DNA from: Pseudomonadota bacterium
Lineage (GTDB): Bacteria; Bdellovibrionota_C; UBA2361; OMII01
Length of the DNA: 64,000 bases
NCBI GenBank assembly: GCA_038134595.1
Contig: JAYPVM010000005.1
Location: forward strand, 64,001 to 128,000
Reading direction: 5' to 3'
Positions 20,464 to 29,902 of the stretch are shown one piece after another. The translations under genes and the position numbers were made by a program. Each line of letters begins with the position of its first letter. The first letter of the stretch is position 1. The notes under the pieces were generated by a model. That model saw only the letters and a list, made by a program, of their open reading frames with translations. It was not told where the DNA came from and did not search any database.

Positions 20464-23400
20464 ATGCCGATTAGCTACCCGCTTTGCATAGCAGCAAGAA
20501 ACCCAGTACCATTTACACAAGCTATCATAATAGATTACAGACGGTTGCGTGTGAAATATCCATCCCCCTCGCAGAAAGAACGGCAGAGAACTTTTTTTTG
20601 GTCGGATTCCCTAGAGAGCTCTCCCGCAACTCTACCGGACGCATCGCCCTTTCCCGCCGCACCTCGACCCATACTGCTAGACTCCTCCGGCCTTTCTGGC
20701 TCCCCATCAGGAAGCATGGCGAAAAGAATTTCGATGAAGCTTAAACAGGCTCGCGATAACAATCGTCAAGCACCACTCCCATCACCAAAGACTCTTTTAA
20801 ACTTTGAGCCAGCTGTCGTCAAAATTCTAGATGCGATTTCTGATAACCGGCATATTGGACTCGTTGGAGACTACGATGTAGATGGAACGACAGCGGTTGC
20901 GCAATGGGTTAACCTCCTAACGGACGCAGGAACCCCTCATTCCTACTGGGTCCCTAATCGATTTAGCGATGGCTACGGAATCAGTGACTCGATCGTAAAA
21001 CAAATATTGGAATCAGATTGCAAATTAGTGGTCTTGCTCGACCACGGCACCCACGCACACGCTCACATAACGGCCTTGAGAACAGGGGGAATTGATGTAG
21101 TGGTCATTGATCACCACAATGTAGGAGACAAACTGCCAGACGCTATAGTAATCAATCCACGACAGGAAGGTTGTGGATTTTTAAATGAGTTTCCATGCGC
21201 AGCGGCCCTCACCGCAATTGTATCCCGGGAAGTTGCCAGAAGAGCCGGGTTACCAGTTCCAAATCTAGCACTTGCAGGGCTTGGCACAATCGCCGATATG
21301 GTTCCGTTGCATGGGATTAATAGAATATTTGGAAAGCACGGTCTTGATTCAATTCGTAACGATCCATCTGTTGGTCTTCGTGCATTAGCACAAGCCCTCA
21401 AATTAGATTACACAAAAATTACTAGTAGTGATGTTGGATTCTTGCTGGGTCCAGCTATTAATGCATCAGGAAGATTAGACGATGCCACCATCGTGGTGAA
21501 GTTATTAACCTGCCACGACCAAACAAAAGCCCTTGACTACGCCACAACCCTTGTCGACCGAAACAACGCCCGTAAGACTATCCAACGCACTTCCGTCACT
21601 AACGTGCTCAATGAGCTTAAGCTAGCACACAAGGCACTCCCTAACGTTCTGGTGTCCTTTAACGAGAACCACCATCAGGGTGTAGTCGGACTATTAGCTG
21701 CTGGGCTCGCAAATCGGTATTGCAGGCCGGCATTTGCTTTCGCACGAACTAACGACCGTCACCTCAGCGGCTCAGCCCGCGCTGGCCATCCCTCTATCGA
21801 TCTCTATGAGGTACTAAAATTATGTGCCGAGCAGAATCCGACGCTACTAGTAAAATGGGGAGGCCACAAAGCAGCAGCCGGTCTGTCAATCAAAGAAGAG
21901 GACCTATCGGTATTTGAAGGAGCTGTCGCCAGGGCATATCAGGAGCTCTATCCATCCCCGATAACGCAATTCGAAGTGACCGCCGATATAGAGCTCGCAC
22001 TTGCAGATATCACTCCAAATCTTATGTCTCAAATTGAAGGTGAGCTTGAGCCATTTGGTCAGAATTTCTCTCCACCAAATATTCTAATTAGAGATCTACA
22101 GGTTCTTGACGTTACTGCCCTCGAAGGGAGTCGGGCCAGGCTTCGAGTTAAGCAAGGTTCTTTGATCAGCCCAGCATTCATCGGTGTTGAACTGTGGAAT
22201 AACGATGTCAAGCCTGGAGATCGCATAACGTTAGTAGCAACACCTGCGCAATTTTTTGATAAGACAAAAGCTCTCATACAACTCTCCGTTTCTGCGTATC
22301 GCATCGAACATGCGGCCTTTCCTGGCACTATCGATCTTCAACTAACACAAGGTGCCCAACAGGAGGAAACAACTCCATTAGATAGGCGCTCGACGACCAC
22401 TCCATCGAAAATGCTCGTATTAAATCAGACTCTAGCTAAGACACTTGGGAATTTCGACACCAGGCCACTCTACTCTAACCTCCATGATAAAATTGAAGAC
22501 CCATTTGAGAGCGCGAAATCAGCACAGTTTTGGGATCGTGCTTGGGCTGAGCTCAAATCCAAATACGAATTATCTTTCAATCATGAGGGTATGACATATC
22601 GGCATGCGCAGGTTGAATTTGTTCAATTTTTCTTTGATATGGGCACTAATCAAATTCTTCAGGCGCCGACCGGAAGTGGCAAAACTGAGATCGCGCTAAT
22701 GATAGCATCTCACTACATCCACAGCGGCGGTCGAGTAATCTTTACCGCGCCGACAAAGGAAATCGTCCATCAAACAGCCTCTCGAGCACACGCCATTCTA
22801 GGGAGTCAACCCGCCGACTTCTGTCTAAGTGCAATGACTCCTAAGAAGCGGGCGCAACAGTACAAGGAGCCCCCAGGAAATCGATTATATGTGGGGACGC
22901 CTCATGTCTTCGCTAATGACATCAAGAGCGGGACGTTTAGTTTCTCAACGAAAGACCTGCTGATTATAGATGAAGCACACCACACAACAGGCAACTATCC
23001 TTCAGTGGAACTACTAGAAGCCGCTCGTAAGGCTGGTGCTCGCATGTTATTAGTCTCAGCTACTCCCGCCCAAGCAGTATCAAAAGAAAGGTGGAAGAAT
23101 CTCATCAGCCTAAAGCAAAAAGCCGGTGTCGACTATATTTTTCCGTTAAACGAGCTCCCACATTCATTGACCGTTCGACCGAAATACCTAGAAATCACGC
23201 CAAATATTGAGGCCGCCGCCATTCATCTCCATCGGCACGCGCGAATTCTTAAGGCTCGTCTTCTCTCTGACTGTGAGTATTATGGGCTAAGCGATGCAAA
23301 AAAGCTAATTCAAGCGCTCCTCCCTGAGGCTACGCCGAAAGGCCATCTTCAACTCCCCTCTGCTAATGAGATCAGAGAGATTCGCAACTCTATGACAAAA

Positions 23401-24414
23401 TACAGGTCGTATGAACGTGCCGACGTGTTTTCGGGGCTACTCGAGCTTGAGGAACTCTCAAGACTTCATCGCTCACTTACGCACCGCGGAATTTCGGGCT
23501 TCATTACTAACTGTCTGGAAGGTCGGGCAAGAATCCTGTATCCAACATCATTAGCGCGGGGATCCAATCCATATAAAACCTTCGCGCCACCCCGCTATCT
23601 AAAAGCACTGTACACATCAGAGCACGTTCGCAAGGCTTACTCCCTGATTGCTCCCTCTCACTTTGTCAGGTCGCTCTGGCATCTCAAAGACTCTAAGACT
23701 ATCGACCCAATCGACCCGCGAATTTTAGACCCTAAGCTCAATAAGCGCGAACGGACACAATTACACAATGAGTACGTCATTCGATTAAAGCGGACACTTT
23801 TTGAGCATCTCATTCCTCTTGAATATATAGACCACCCCAAGGAGCGGTACATAATCTCCGAGCTTCGATGGCATCGCCAAAAAACCTTCATCTCGGTCGA
23901 AGAGCGGGAGCATGCTATTTTCCTCAGTCGCAGAATAAACCACCGCTTAAGTACAAACGGAACTCAAGCTGTATGCCTAACAGGTCCCCTTCAAGGGAGC
24001 AAACTCGGAATCTCAAAGGCCGAACGAGAGGCGAGTTTAATCGAATTTGCCTCTGGCGACGCTTCCGTACTCATTGGCACGAGCGCATCAAACGAAGGTG
24101 TTGATATTCGTGCCGATTATGGCTACGCATGGAACTTTGATGGCTCCGCTACCAGAGCAAAGCAGAAGGAAGGTCGTGTGGGTCGACACAGTCGAGGCCC
24201 AGCAAAATTCGAATATCTATGTTCATGCCCAACCGATTACTGGAAGCTTGAGCGGATCATCAAAAAAATGATTGCTTTTCACATCATGTTAAACGAACAG
24301 CGAAATCTCGTCCGAGATATTATCTTTGCGAAACAGGTCGCCAACGGAGCACCTCCTAATGATACTGGAGAACAAAACATTAATCCGATTCCAGCTCCCG
24401 GAATGCTCTTCTAG
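20464..24414 (+). CDS. recJ: RecJ ssDNA exonuclease fused to a Hef/FANCM-like SF2 helicase (start uncertain, may be ~20551-20716)
   Basis: RecJ part: GDYDVDG, PNRF.DGYG, DHH, GTIADMVPL, INASGRL, SGSAR, GGHKAAAG, LEPFG. Helicase part: APTGSGKT, APTK, DEAH, SAT, EGVDI, QKEGRVGR. One uninterrupted frame. Confidence 0.9.
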   Translation: MPISYPLCIAARNPVPFTQAIIIDYRRLRVKYPSPSQKERQRTFFWSDSLESSPATLPDASPFPAAPRPILLDSSGLSGSPSGSMAKRISMKLKQARDNNRQAPLPSPKTLLNFEPAVVKILDAISDNRHIGLVGDYDVDGTTAVAQWVNLLTDAGTPHSYWVPNRFSDGYGISDSIVKQILESDCKLVVLLDHGTHAHAHITALRTGGIDVVVIDHHNVGDKLPDAIVINPRQEGCGFLNEFPCAAALTAIVSREVARRAGLPVPNLALAGLGTIADMVPLHGINRIFGKHGLDSIRNDPSVGLRALAQALKLDYTKITSSDVGFLLGPAINASGRLDDATIVVKLLTCHDQTKALDYATTLVDRNNARKTIQRTSVTNVLNELKLAHKALPNVLVSFNENHHQGVVGLLAAGLANRYCRPAFAFARTNDRHLSGSARAGHPSIDLYEVLKLCAEQNPTLLVKWGGHKAAAGLSIKEEDLSVFEGAVARAYQELYPSPITQFEVTADIELALADITPNLMSQIEGELEPFGQNFSPPNILIRDLQVLDVTALEGSRARLRVKQGSLISPAFIGVELWNNDVKPGDRITLVATPAQFFDKTKALIQLSVSAYRIEHAAFPGTIDLQLTQGAQQEETTPLDRRSTTTPSKMLVLNQTLAKTLGNFDTRPLYSNLHDKIEDPFESAKSAQFWDRAWAELKSKYELSFNHEGMTYRHAQVEFVQFFFDMGTNQILQAPTGSGKTEIALMIASHYIHSGGRVIFTAPTKEIVHQTASRAHAILGSQPADFCLSAMTPKKRAQQYKEPPGNRLYVGTPHVFANDIKSGTFSFSTKDLLIIDEAHHTTGNYPSVELLEAARKAGARMLLVSATPAQAVSKERWKNLISLKQKAGVDYIFPLNELPHSLTVRPKYLEITPNIEAAAIHLHRHARILKARLLSDCEYYGLSDAKKLIQALLPEATPKGHLQLPSANEIREIRNSMTKYRSYERADVFSGLLELEELSRLHRSLTHRGISGFITNCLEGRARILYPTSLARGSNPYKTFAPPRYLKALYTSEHVRKAYSLIAPSHFVRSLWHLKDSKTIDPIDPRILDPKLNKRERTQLHNEYVIRLKRTLFEHLIPLEYIDHPKERYIISELRWHRQKTFISVEEREHAIFLSRRINHRLSTNGTQAVCLTGPLQGSKLGISKAEREASLIEFASGDASVLIGTSASNEGVDIRADYGYAWNFDGSATRAKQKEGRVGRHSRGPAKFEYLCSCPTDYWKLERIIKKMIAFHIMLNEQRNLVRDIIFAKQVANGAPPNDTGEQNINPIPAPGMLF

Positions 24415-24458
24415 GGTTTTGCTAACTATCGACCACGCCATTGCCGAGACCGCTATTC

Positions 24459-24908
24459 TCACTGATAGTCTGTACGAGCTGTATTTGATGAATGGGAATC
24501 ATTAGAAAGATCTGCTAGTAGTCTTATCACCCGCGCGTTAAATTCTCTTTGATACGCGAAGGAAGGACCTAGAAGTGCTACGACGAGCCTCAACAGTATT
24601 TTTTTTACACCGACGATAATTGGTCCGACAAAACGTCGATGAGATTCAATCGGTCGGTCTTGAACACCTTGGCCGTACAACCGACACAGATCGCGTATTA
24701 ACTCTATTCTCTCAGGGCTGGCATCAAAACCGTCACGAGCAAGCGAGGTCGAAAATGCTTTTACCCGCAACTCCTCTCCAATCGGCATTAAACCTTTTGA
24801 TATATCCATATCAACCGCCGCCCGCGCGATTACCGCAGCCTCCGCGTCGGATTGTCCCGCCACCACTATCCAGCTCTCAGCTGTATTATCACTTTCAACT
24901 TTACTCAT
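24459..24908 (-). CDS. Hypothetical protein with SHR..G....KK...Q..FN motif
   Basis: Co-oriented just after the BtuF-like gene; motif SHRRFVGPIIVGVKKILLRL...QREFNARVIRLL. Confidence 0.7.
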   Translation of the reverse strand: MSKVESDNTAESWIVVAGQSDAEAAVIARAAVDMDISKGLMPIGEELRVKAFSTSLARDGFDASPERIELIRDLCRLYGQGVQDRPIESHRRFVGPIIVGVKKILLRLVVALLGPSFAYQREFNARVIRLLADLSNDSHSSNTARTDYQ

Positions 24909-24919
24909 CGCCTGAAACT

Positions 24920-25855
24920 CTACCACAAAAACTTATGCCGATGAAGCTCTACATGGCGAAGTTTATAGAAGCTATCTCGAGGGGTTATGGAGCCACTATC
25001 CATTCCCGCCACAATTGACACAACAATAGCGACACCCTTCAAAAAGGAACGGCTAAATTCAAAAAGGTTTCCTCCGCAGAATCCAACCTCGCCACGCAAT
25101 ACCGCAGGCATCTCATCCCAACCGGGCAGAACCTCCAACTCTGGCAGCACCTGCACTGACTCAACAAGATCTTTATGCTGAGGCGATAGAATTAGAACAT
25201 CCGGCCTGGCACTGACTAACTCCTCCCACTCGATCTTCCCTGCAAATACTTTTCCATCTTCATGCTTCAGAGGCTTGGCTCCCAGTAACTCGACAATATC
25301 GGCTACCCACTGTGGGGCCACACAGAAAGGATTCACTCCGGTGAGAGCAATACACCGCTTTCCTTTGCACCTATCAAAAAACAGATGTCCCCATTGCATA
25401 ATTTGAGTTTGCATCCTTGAGACAGTACTCCTCGCCTCCGCGCCAAAACCTGAGCTCCGACCAACGAGCTCTATTGTCTCATAGAGGTCTGTAAGTCTGT
25501 GGGCCTGTACGTGCCGTATCTGCACCGTGAGCCCGTAGCGGGCTTCTAAGTAACTCTCTGCCCACGGAATGAAAATAGCGGGGTCCTCACCCTCAACCGT
25601 TGTGAAGACAAGCGTCGGATTAAGAGCCACAAGCCCTTGGATATTCACGCCCGACCGAACAATAGCACGCTGAAACCGATCTCCATCCTGCCCCTCAGAC
25701 CCGACAGATGTCTCTTTATTGCCGACAATCGGTATACCTAATCGCTTTCCGACGATGCACTCATTTGAGATTCCACACAGTTTCTCCACGAGGCCGTAGC
25801 CAATGAGGATATCGGTAACAATCGGCAGCAAAGAGATTATCCGCACAGAAAGCAT
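24920..25855 (-). CDS. Helical-backbone metal receptor (BtuF-like ABC substrate-binding protein)
   Basis: RIISLLP..TDIL..YGL..KLCGISNEC, L.ALNPTLV.T, IEWEEL..ARPDVLILSP patterns of the TroA/BtuF fold. Confidence 0.75.
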   Translation of the reverse strand: MLSVRIISLLPIVTDILIGYGLVEKLCGISNECIVGKRLGIPIVGNKETSVGSEGQDGDRFQRAIVRSGVNIQGLVALNPTLVFTTVEGEDPAIFIPWAESYLEARYGLTVQIRHVQAHRLTDLYETIELVGRSSGFGAEARSTVSRMQTQIMQWGHLFFDRCKGKRCIALTGVNPFCVAPQWVADIVELLGAKPLKHEDGKVFAGKIEWEELVSARPDVLILSPQHKDLVESVQVLPELEVLPGWDEMPAVLRGEVGFCGGNLFEFSRSFLKGVAIVVSIVAGMDSGSITPRDSFYKLRHVELHRHKFLW

Positions 25856-26140
25856 CCTCTTGTCACATTAAATAGCGTAACAGGTTCTGTGGACATCAAA
25901 ATCTACGCCCTAGTCTGCACACTATTATTATCAGGCACACGGCCAACATAACTCCGACCGACCAATATGCTACCTACTAGTATACTAGCAAATCCTTAGT
26001 CAGCAATTACTCCTTACGGAGATCGCAGCACGACCTTAATTTCTTTTAATTAGACTTAAAAATTACTATTGACTCTAATGGCTTAGCGTTTCACTGTAGT
26101 GGTACATTCGATGTTACTGTAAACAAAAAAGTAGAGCGCC

Positions 26141-26914
26141 ATGCGAATCCCCGAAACGAGCATTTCTATATATCGATCCACCTGGAGTTATCTTACCTGC
26201 CTGATTCTCGCAAGTCTTTGCTTGGGGTGCGCGGCTCGACATGCAACATTTTCGTCCGTAACGGAAAAAGGCTTTCTTCCCGTCAGCGGAACAAATCCGT
26301 TCATGGGGGCAAATCTATTTTTGGCCCATGAAATGGAGGAGAGCAACTATCTCTATAATTTCCTTCGAAAGGAGGGATCTCCTCGAGCGATCAGAGTAAG
26401 TGGACACACTCCCTCATCTTCACTACTCGAACTCTATTACGTGAATCAACTAACGCTATACCGAGCGACCCCCCAAATAGATCTTGTGTTGGGGACTCGG
26501 GAGTGGATGATCGAAGGTCCGTATCCAATTGACAGGCAGACCTACCAGAAAGTCCATCCCTTAAAAGGCGACAGTCGTGGCGGGCTTTTCGAAATATTTG
26601 GTAAGCGTGAACTCTTAGACGGGCATTTTCATCCCTCCCCAACAAGAGCTATTAGTCCTGTATTTGTTCCCACCCCAAAGCCTCCAAAGCGCAAAGCCTC
26701 CAAAAGAGTAAAGAAAAAAACAATCCCTCAAGAGAAACTCGAAGCGACTTCCTCCTCAGCTCAAATCACAGGAACTCCAACGAACTTTGATCAACAAGCG
26801 CTCTTTGAGGCAAGAAAACGCATGACTCCCACCGCCGACGACAATCAGACACAGAAAACCAAAGCTTTGGAATCCGCACTTCAACAAGCAGTGCAAGCGG
26901 GCCATTCTAAGTAA
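26141..26914 (+). CDS. Hypothetical lipoprotein
   Basis: Hydrophobic N-terminus ending LASLCLGC (lipobox-like); Pro/Lys-rich C-terminal tail. Confidence 0.7.
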   Translation: MRIPETSISIYRSTWSYLTCLILASLCLGCAARHATFSSVTEKGFLPVSGTNPFMGANLFLAHEMEESNYLYNFLRKEGSPRAIRVSGHTPSSSLLELYYVNQLTLYRATPQIDLVLGTREWMIEGPYPIDRQTYQKVHPLKGDSRGGLFEIFGKRELLDGHFHPSPTRAISPVFVPTPKPPKRKASKRVKKKTIPQEKLEATSSSAQITGTPTNFDQQALFEARKRMTPTADDNQTQKTKALESALQQAVQAGHSK

Positions 26915-27008
26915 AGATTTTGGTGCTCTATAAAAAACTGAAACACTGCCTGGGAATATAGCCGCCACAACTTGAAGCTGCATGCACCTAATTGCAAGGA
27001 TCCTCTAT

Positions 27009-27203
27009 CTATTCTGGACTAGAAGCTCGTTCAAATTCTGGGGCCACCTGCGACTCCGAGGTCGGCGGTGCTGGTGGAGGACTTGTTCGGCCCCGCGCTA
27101 TAAAATAGATTAAGACAACAATCGCTAAGAGCGCTACGACCGAAACAATTGTATTGAATGTGGCATTCTGTGTTGTTACCTCACTTGATGCTGGCCCTGT
27201 CAT
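27009..27203 (-). CDS. Small single-pass membrane protein
   Basis: GGGGAG RBS before MTGP; TM IVSVVALLAIVVLIYFIA, then a Pro-rich tail. Confidence 0.6.
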   Translation of the reverse strand: MTGPASSEVTTQNATFNTIVSVVALLAIVVLIYFIARGRTSPPPAPPTSESQVAPEFERASSPE

Positions 27204-27461
27204 TACATTCTCCCCCATTGTCGATAGACAGCAATCGGAGCAATTACGTTCAATAACCACCGACCGTCTTGCCCTTTACATTAAAGTCCTCAGTGGCAAA
27301 CCATGCCGAACAAATATAGAGGACCGCCCATTACTCGCACACAAAAATAACACCGGCCCAGAAAACCCACTATGAGGGCCCTCAGCTAACTCTGCTTTCT
27401 ACATGAAATTTAGGTTGACCTCATCCAAAAACGTGAGCGCACCAATGGCAGGGGGAGCCCC

Positions 27462-27908
27462 TCAGGTATCGAACTCTTGATTATAGCGAACCATCTGCAT
27501 ACGAAACAATCTAATCGTATTAGGATCTGAAACAACACCCGCTTCTATTAAATCTCGTAATTCACCTAGGAATGTCCCTGCTGTGGCATAGTCACCCAGC
27601 GTTAGCGAGCTAACTATTAAGACCAGCATGGCTTCTGCCATATCACCCTGAGCTCTCAACGCCTGCCGTGCATGGTCCCGAGCGCGCTCCACACGACCCA
27701 GAGCGATCGCGACAACAGCCGACGCAAGCCATCCATGGGAAAAATCGGGCGCAACAGAGATAAGTCCCGATACCACACTGTCAGCCCGACGAAAATGACC
27801 TGTCTCAAGAAGCATCTTAGCAAGTCCATACATATCCTGGAGTTGCTCCTTCGAATAGGGGTTTCTCTTGGTTCGCTCTAAAGACACCCTATCACCTCCC
27901 ACTATCAT
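27462..27908 (-). CDS. TPR protein, T3SS chaperone-like (SycD/SctG/SctY class)
   Basis: TPR-like helices (EQLQDMYGLAKMLLETGHFRRADSVVSGLISVAPDFSHGWLAS); lies in the T3SS-like cluster. Confidence 0.7.
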   Translation of the reverse strand: MIVGGDRVSLERTKRNPYSKEQLQDMYGLAKMLLETGHFRRADSVVSGLISVAPDFSHGWLASAVVAIALGRVERARDHARQALRAQGDMAEAMLVLIVSSLTLGDYATAGTFLGELRDLIEAGVVSDPNTIRLFRMQMVRYNQEFDT

Positions 27909-28131
27909 CCGGTTCTACGGATAGCCAGTTCAACACCTCACGCAACATCGCTCGCTCTCGTTCTAAAGACTCTAATTCAGAATCACCCGAAACGGCACGC
28001 ATTGATTTTTCCACGACTTCATGGCGGGCAAATAACGATGATACAGACCCTTCTAATCGCGCTACATTTCCTATCGCAGGCAGCATAGTCGTAACCGGAG
28101 AAAGAGAACACAAATCAAACTTACGTGCCAT
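27892..28131 (-). CDS. Small helical protein, possibly SctE(YscE)-like
   Basis: 79 aa helix-turn-helix hairpin pattern ending LERERAMLREVLNWL; GGGAG RBS; overlaps the TPR gene. Family assignment is by eye only. Confidence 0.5.
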   Translation of the reverse strand: MARKFDLCSLSPVTTMLPAIGNVARLEGSVSSLFARHEVVEKSMRAVSGDSELESLERERAMLREVLNWLSVEPDDSGR

Positions 28132-28277
28132 ATCGACTCCCACTTATATAAGTTCTCATATAATCCCTACCCCCCCGAAAGCCTCCACAAATTTATCCAG
28201 TCGCGCACCTACGTTTTATTCCCTACGGTTTTAATTCATACATACTGGTGTTATCCTTTAAAACACCCACTACCCTA

Positions 28278-29330
28278 TTAAACAACTCGCAAAGCGAAGC
28301 GATCTCCCATAACGCATAAATCTGCTTCACCTACCTTTTCGCGGTTCACACAAATATTCATCCGATTTGTAACCTCCGATGAAAGTGATACGGTCGCGCC
28401 TGCTTGCTGCAATTCTTGAAGCGTATGCTGGTCGACCATAGCTGTTCCACACTCGATACTGACTCTCGTTGTTCCGTTCTGCAGCAATCCGCCAGAAGGA
28501 AGTCCCGGCACCACCTTACACACGAAGCTCTCCGCACTCCTCATTAACTTGGCCGCAGCAAACGGCCTATGACCAACTCGTAACAACACAACGTCGGATA
28601 CGCTCCGCTCGAGGTCAATTATCGCCCCCTTTTTTAAATATTCAGGGAGCATATGGGGGGGCACACCAAGCTGTGCAACCTCAACACGGATTTCGCCGTC
28701 ACTCGACTCAACACCACTACCAGCTTTTAATGAAGAATGTATCTGACGCCTCCACAAACCATCCATCCTACCGACGAAAGTACTTGATACAAATAGCGAG
28801 ACACTACAGGTAATGCCGTTAACGCTAAAGTTTAACTTTATTCCCGCGGTAGCAGTACAGTCTGACGGCAGGTCCTTTCCAAAAAATCGACACTCCGTAT
28901 TATCGACTATCGTCTGATGCCGCATCAAAAACACTAGGAAGCGCTGAGCTATATATTCAACGAAAATCTGCCCCCCCAGCTTGGAAAATGCACGCGGGTG
29001 TACCTCACGCAAGAGAAATTCAACTGTCGGCGTATCGAAGGCGAGCCATAGAGGCTGCTCATCTACCGTAGCTCGAAAACAGGTGGAATCGGCCTGTGGA
29101 GACCCCAAAAAAGGTTTTACATCACCAACTCGCATATCCACACTAAACGATGAATAAAGGGACATCCACGGCTCCGAAAACCCCACACACCATTTTTCGG
29201 GCCGTGAGCGTAAGAATCCATTACTCCACTGAACCTCTTCCGGAGAGATGGCAGAGAGGAACACGCGAGGATCCCACTCCTCGAGGGCAGCTGGGTTATC
29301 GCCTTTTTTTTGTTCGTTACCGTTTGTCAT
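28278..29330 (-). CDS. SctQ/FliM-FliN-type C-ring (sorting platform) protein
   Basis: Two C-terminal SPOA-like repeats (IRVEVAQ...LKKGAIIDL...; VSIECG...LQQAGATVSL...ICVNREKVGEADLCVMGDRFALRVV). Confidence 0.75.
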   Translation of the reverse strand: MTNGNEQKKGDNPAALEEWDPRVFLSAISPEEVQWSNGFLRSRPEKWCVGFSEPWMSLYSSFSVDMRVGDVKPFLGSPQADSTCFRATVDEQPLWLAFDTPTVEFLLREVHPRAFSKLGGQIFVEYIAQRFLVFLMRHQTIVDNTECRFFGKDLPSDCTATAGIKLNFSVNGITCSVSLFVSSTFVGRMDGLWRRQIHSSLKAGSGVESSDGEIRVEVAQLGVPPHMLPEYLKKGAIIDLERSVSDVVLLRVGHRPFAAAKLMRSAESFVCKVVPGLPSGGLLQNGTTRVSIECGTAMVDQHTLQELQQAGATVSLSSEVTNRMNICVNREKVGEADLCVMGDRFALRVV

Positions 29331-29346
29331 CTAACCTACGTTCGCC

Positions 29347-29673
29347 TTATTCTGACTCTCCCATCAAAGCCTCTTCTTCAATACGCTCATCAACCTCAAT
29401 CAACCTCCGTTCGGCTCGTGCGAGATCCGCCACTGCTCGTTCAAGATCGGCTTGCAATTCATCACACCTTTGCCTGTGGACTCGCAAATGAGCCTCTCTC
29501 ACCTGCCCGACACTGGCCTGTCCGCGTAGCACCATACCTTCTCGCAGTTCCTTTACCACCGCATCAACACGAGCTATCTCCACCTCTATTTCTCGAACTT
29601 TCACAGCTCGCACCTGCACCTCTGCAACAACTTTTTGACGATATTCAATAAGCTCGTGATCATCAGCAGCCAC
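29347..29673 (-). CDS. Coiled-coil protein, SctO/FliJ-like
   Basis: 108-aa charged coiled coil located between the sctJ-like and sctQ-like genes. Confidence 0.55.
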   Translation of the reverse strand: MAADDHELIEYRQKVVAEVQVRAVKVREIEVEIARVDAVVKELREGMVLRGQASVGQVREAHLRVHRQRCDELQADLERAVADLARAERRLIEVDERIEEEALMGESE

Positions 29674-29677
29674 TGCT

Positions 29678-29902
29678 TTAAACCTCTTCTAATGCTTTTC
29701 GGAGCATAGTTCCAACGTACGGAAATCGAGCATCCAAGTCCAAACTAAGCAATTCTTCTGCCGCCGAGCGAAGTTCTTGGCCATTAAATGCATCGCTCTC
29801 AAGTACCTCTAGGCATTCTTTGCCTTCGATCAATACAGCCACCGCGACCTTTATACGATGCGCAGCCGTTAGTGCTTGAAAGAGGCTAGAACCATTGCGC
29901 AT
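29678..29902 (-). CDS. Small protein, FliG N-terminal/SctK-position-like
   Basis: Abuts the sctJ stop; AGGAG RBS; LTAAHRIKVAVAVLIEGKECLEVL...ELRSAAEEL resembles FliG N-terminal helices. Confidence 0.5.
   Translation of the reverse strand: MRNGSSLFQALTAAHRIKVAVAVLIEGKECLEVLESDAFNGQELRSAAEELLSLDLDARFPYVGTMLRKALEEV

Noticed and set aside
28170..28176. C7 tract upstream of the SctE-like gene as a phase-variation switch
   Set aside because: Too short to be distinctive; similar homopolymers occur elsewhere in the window.
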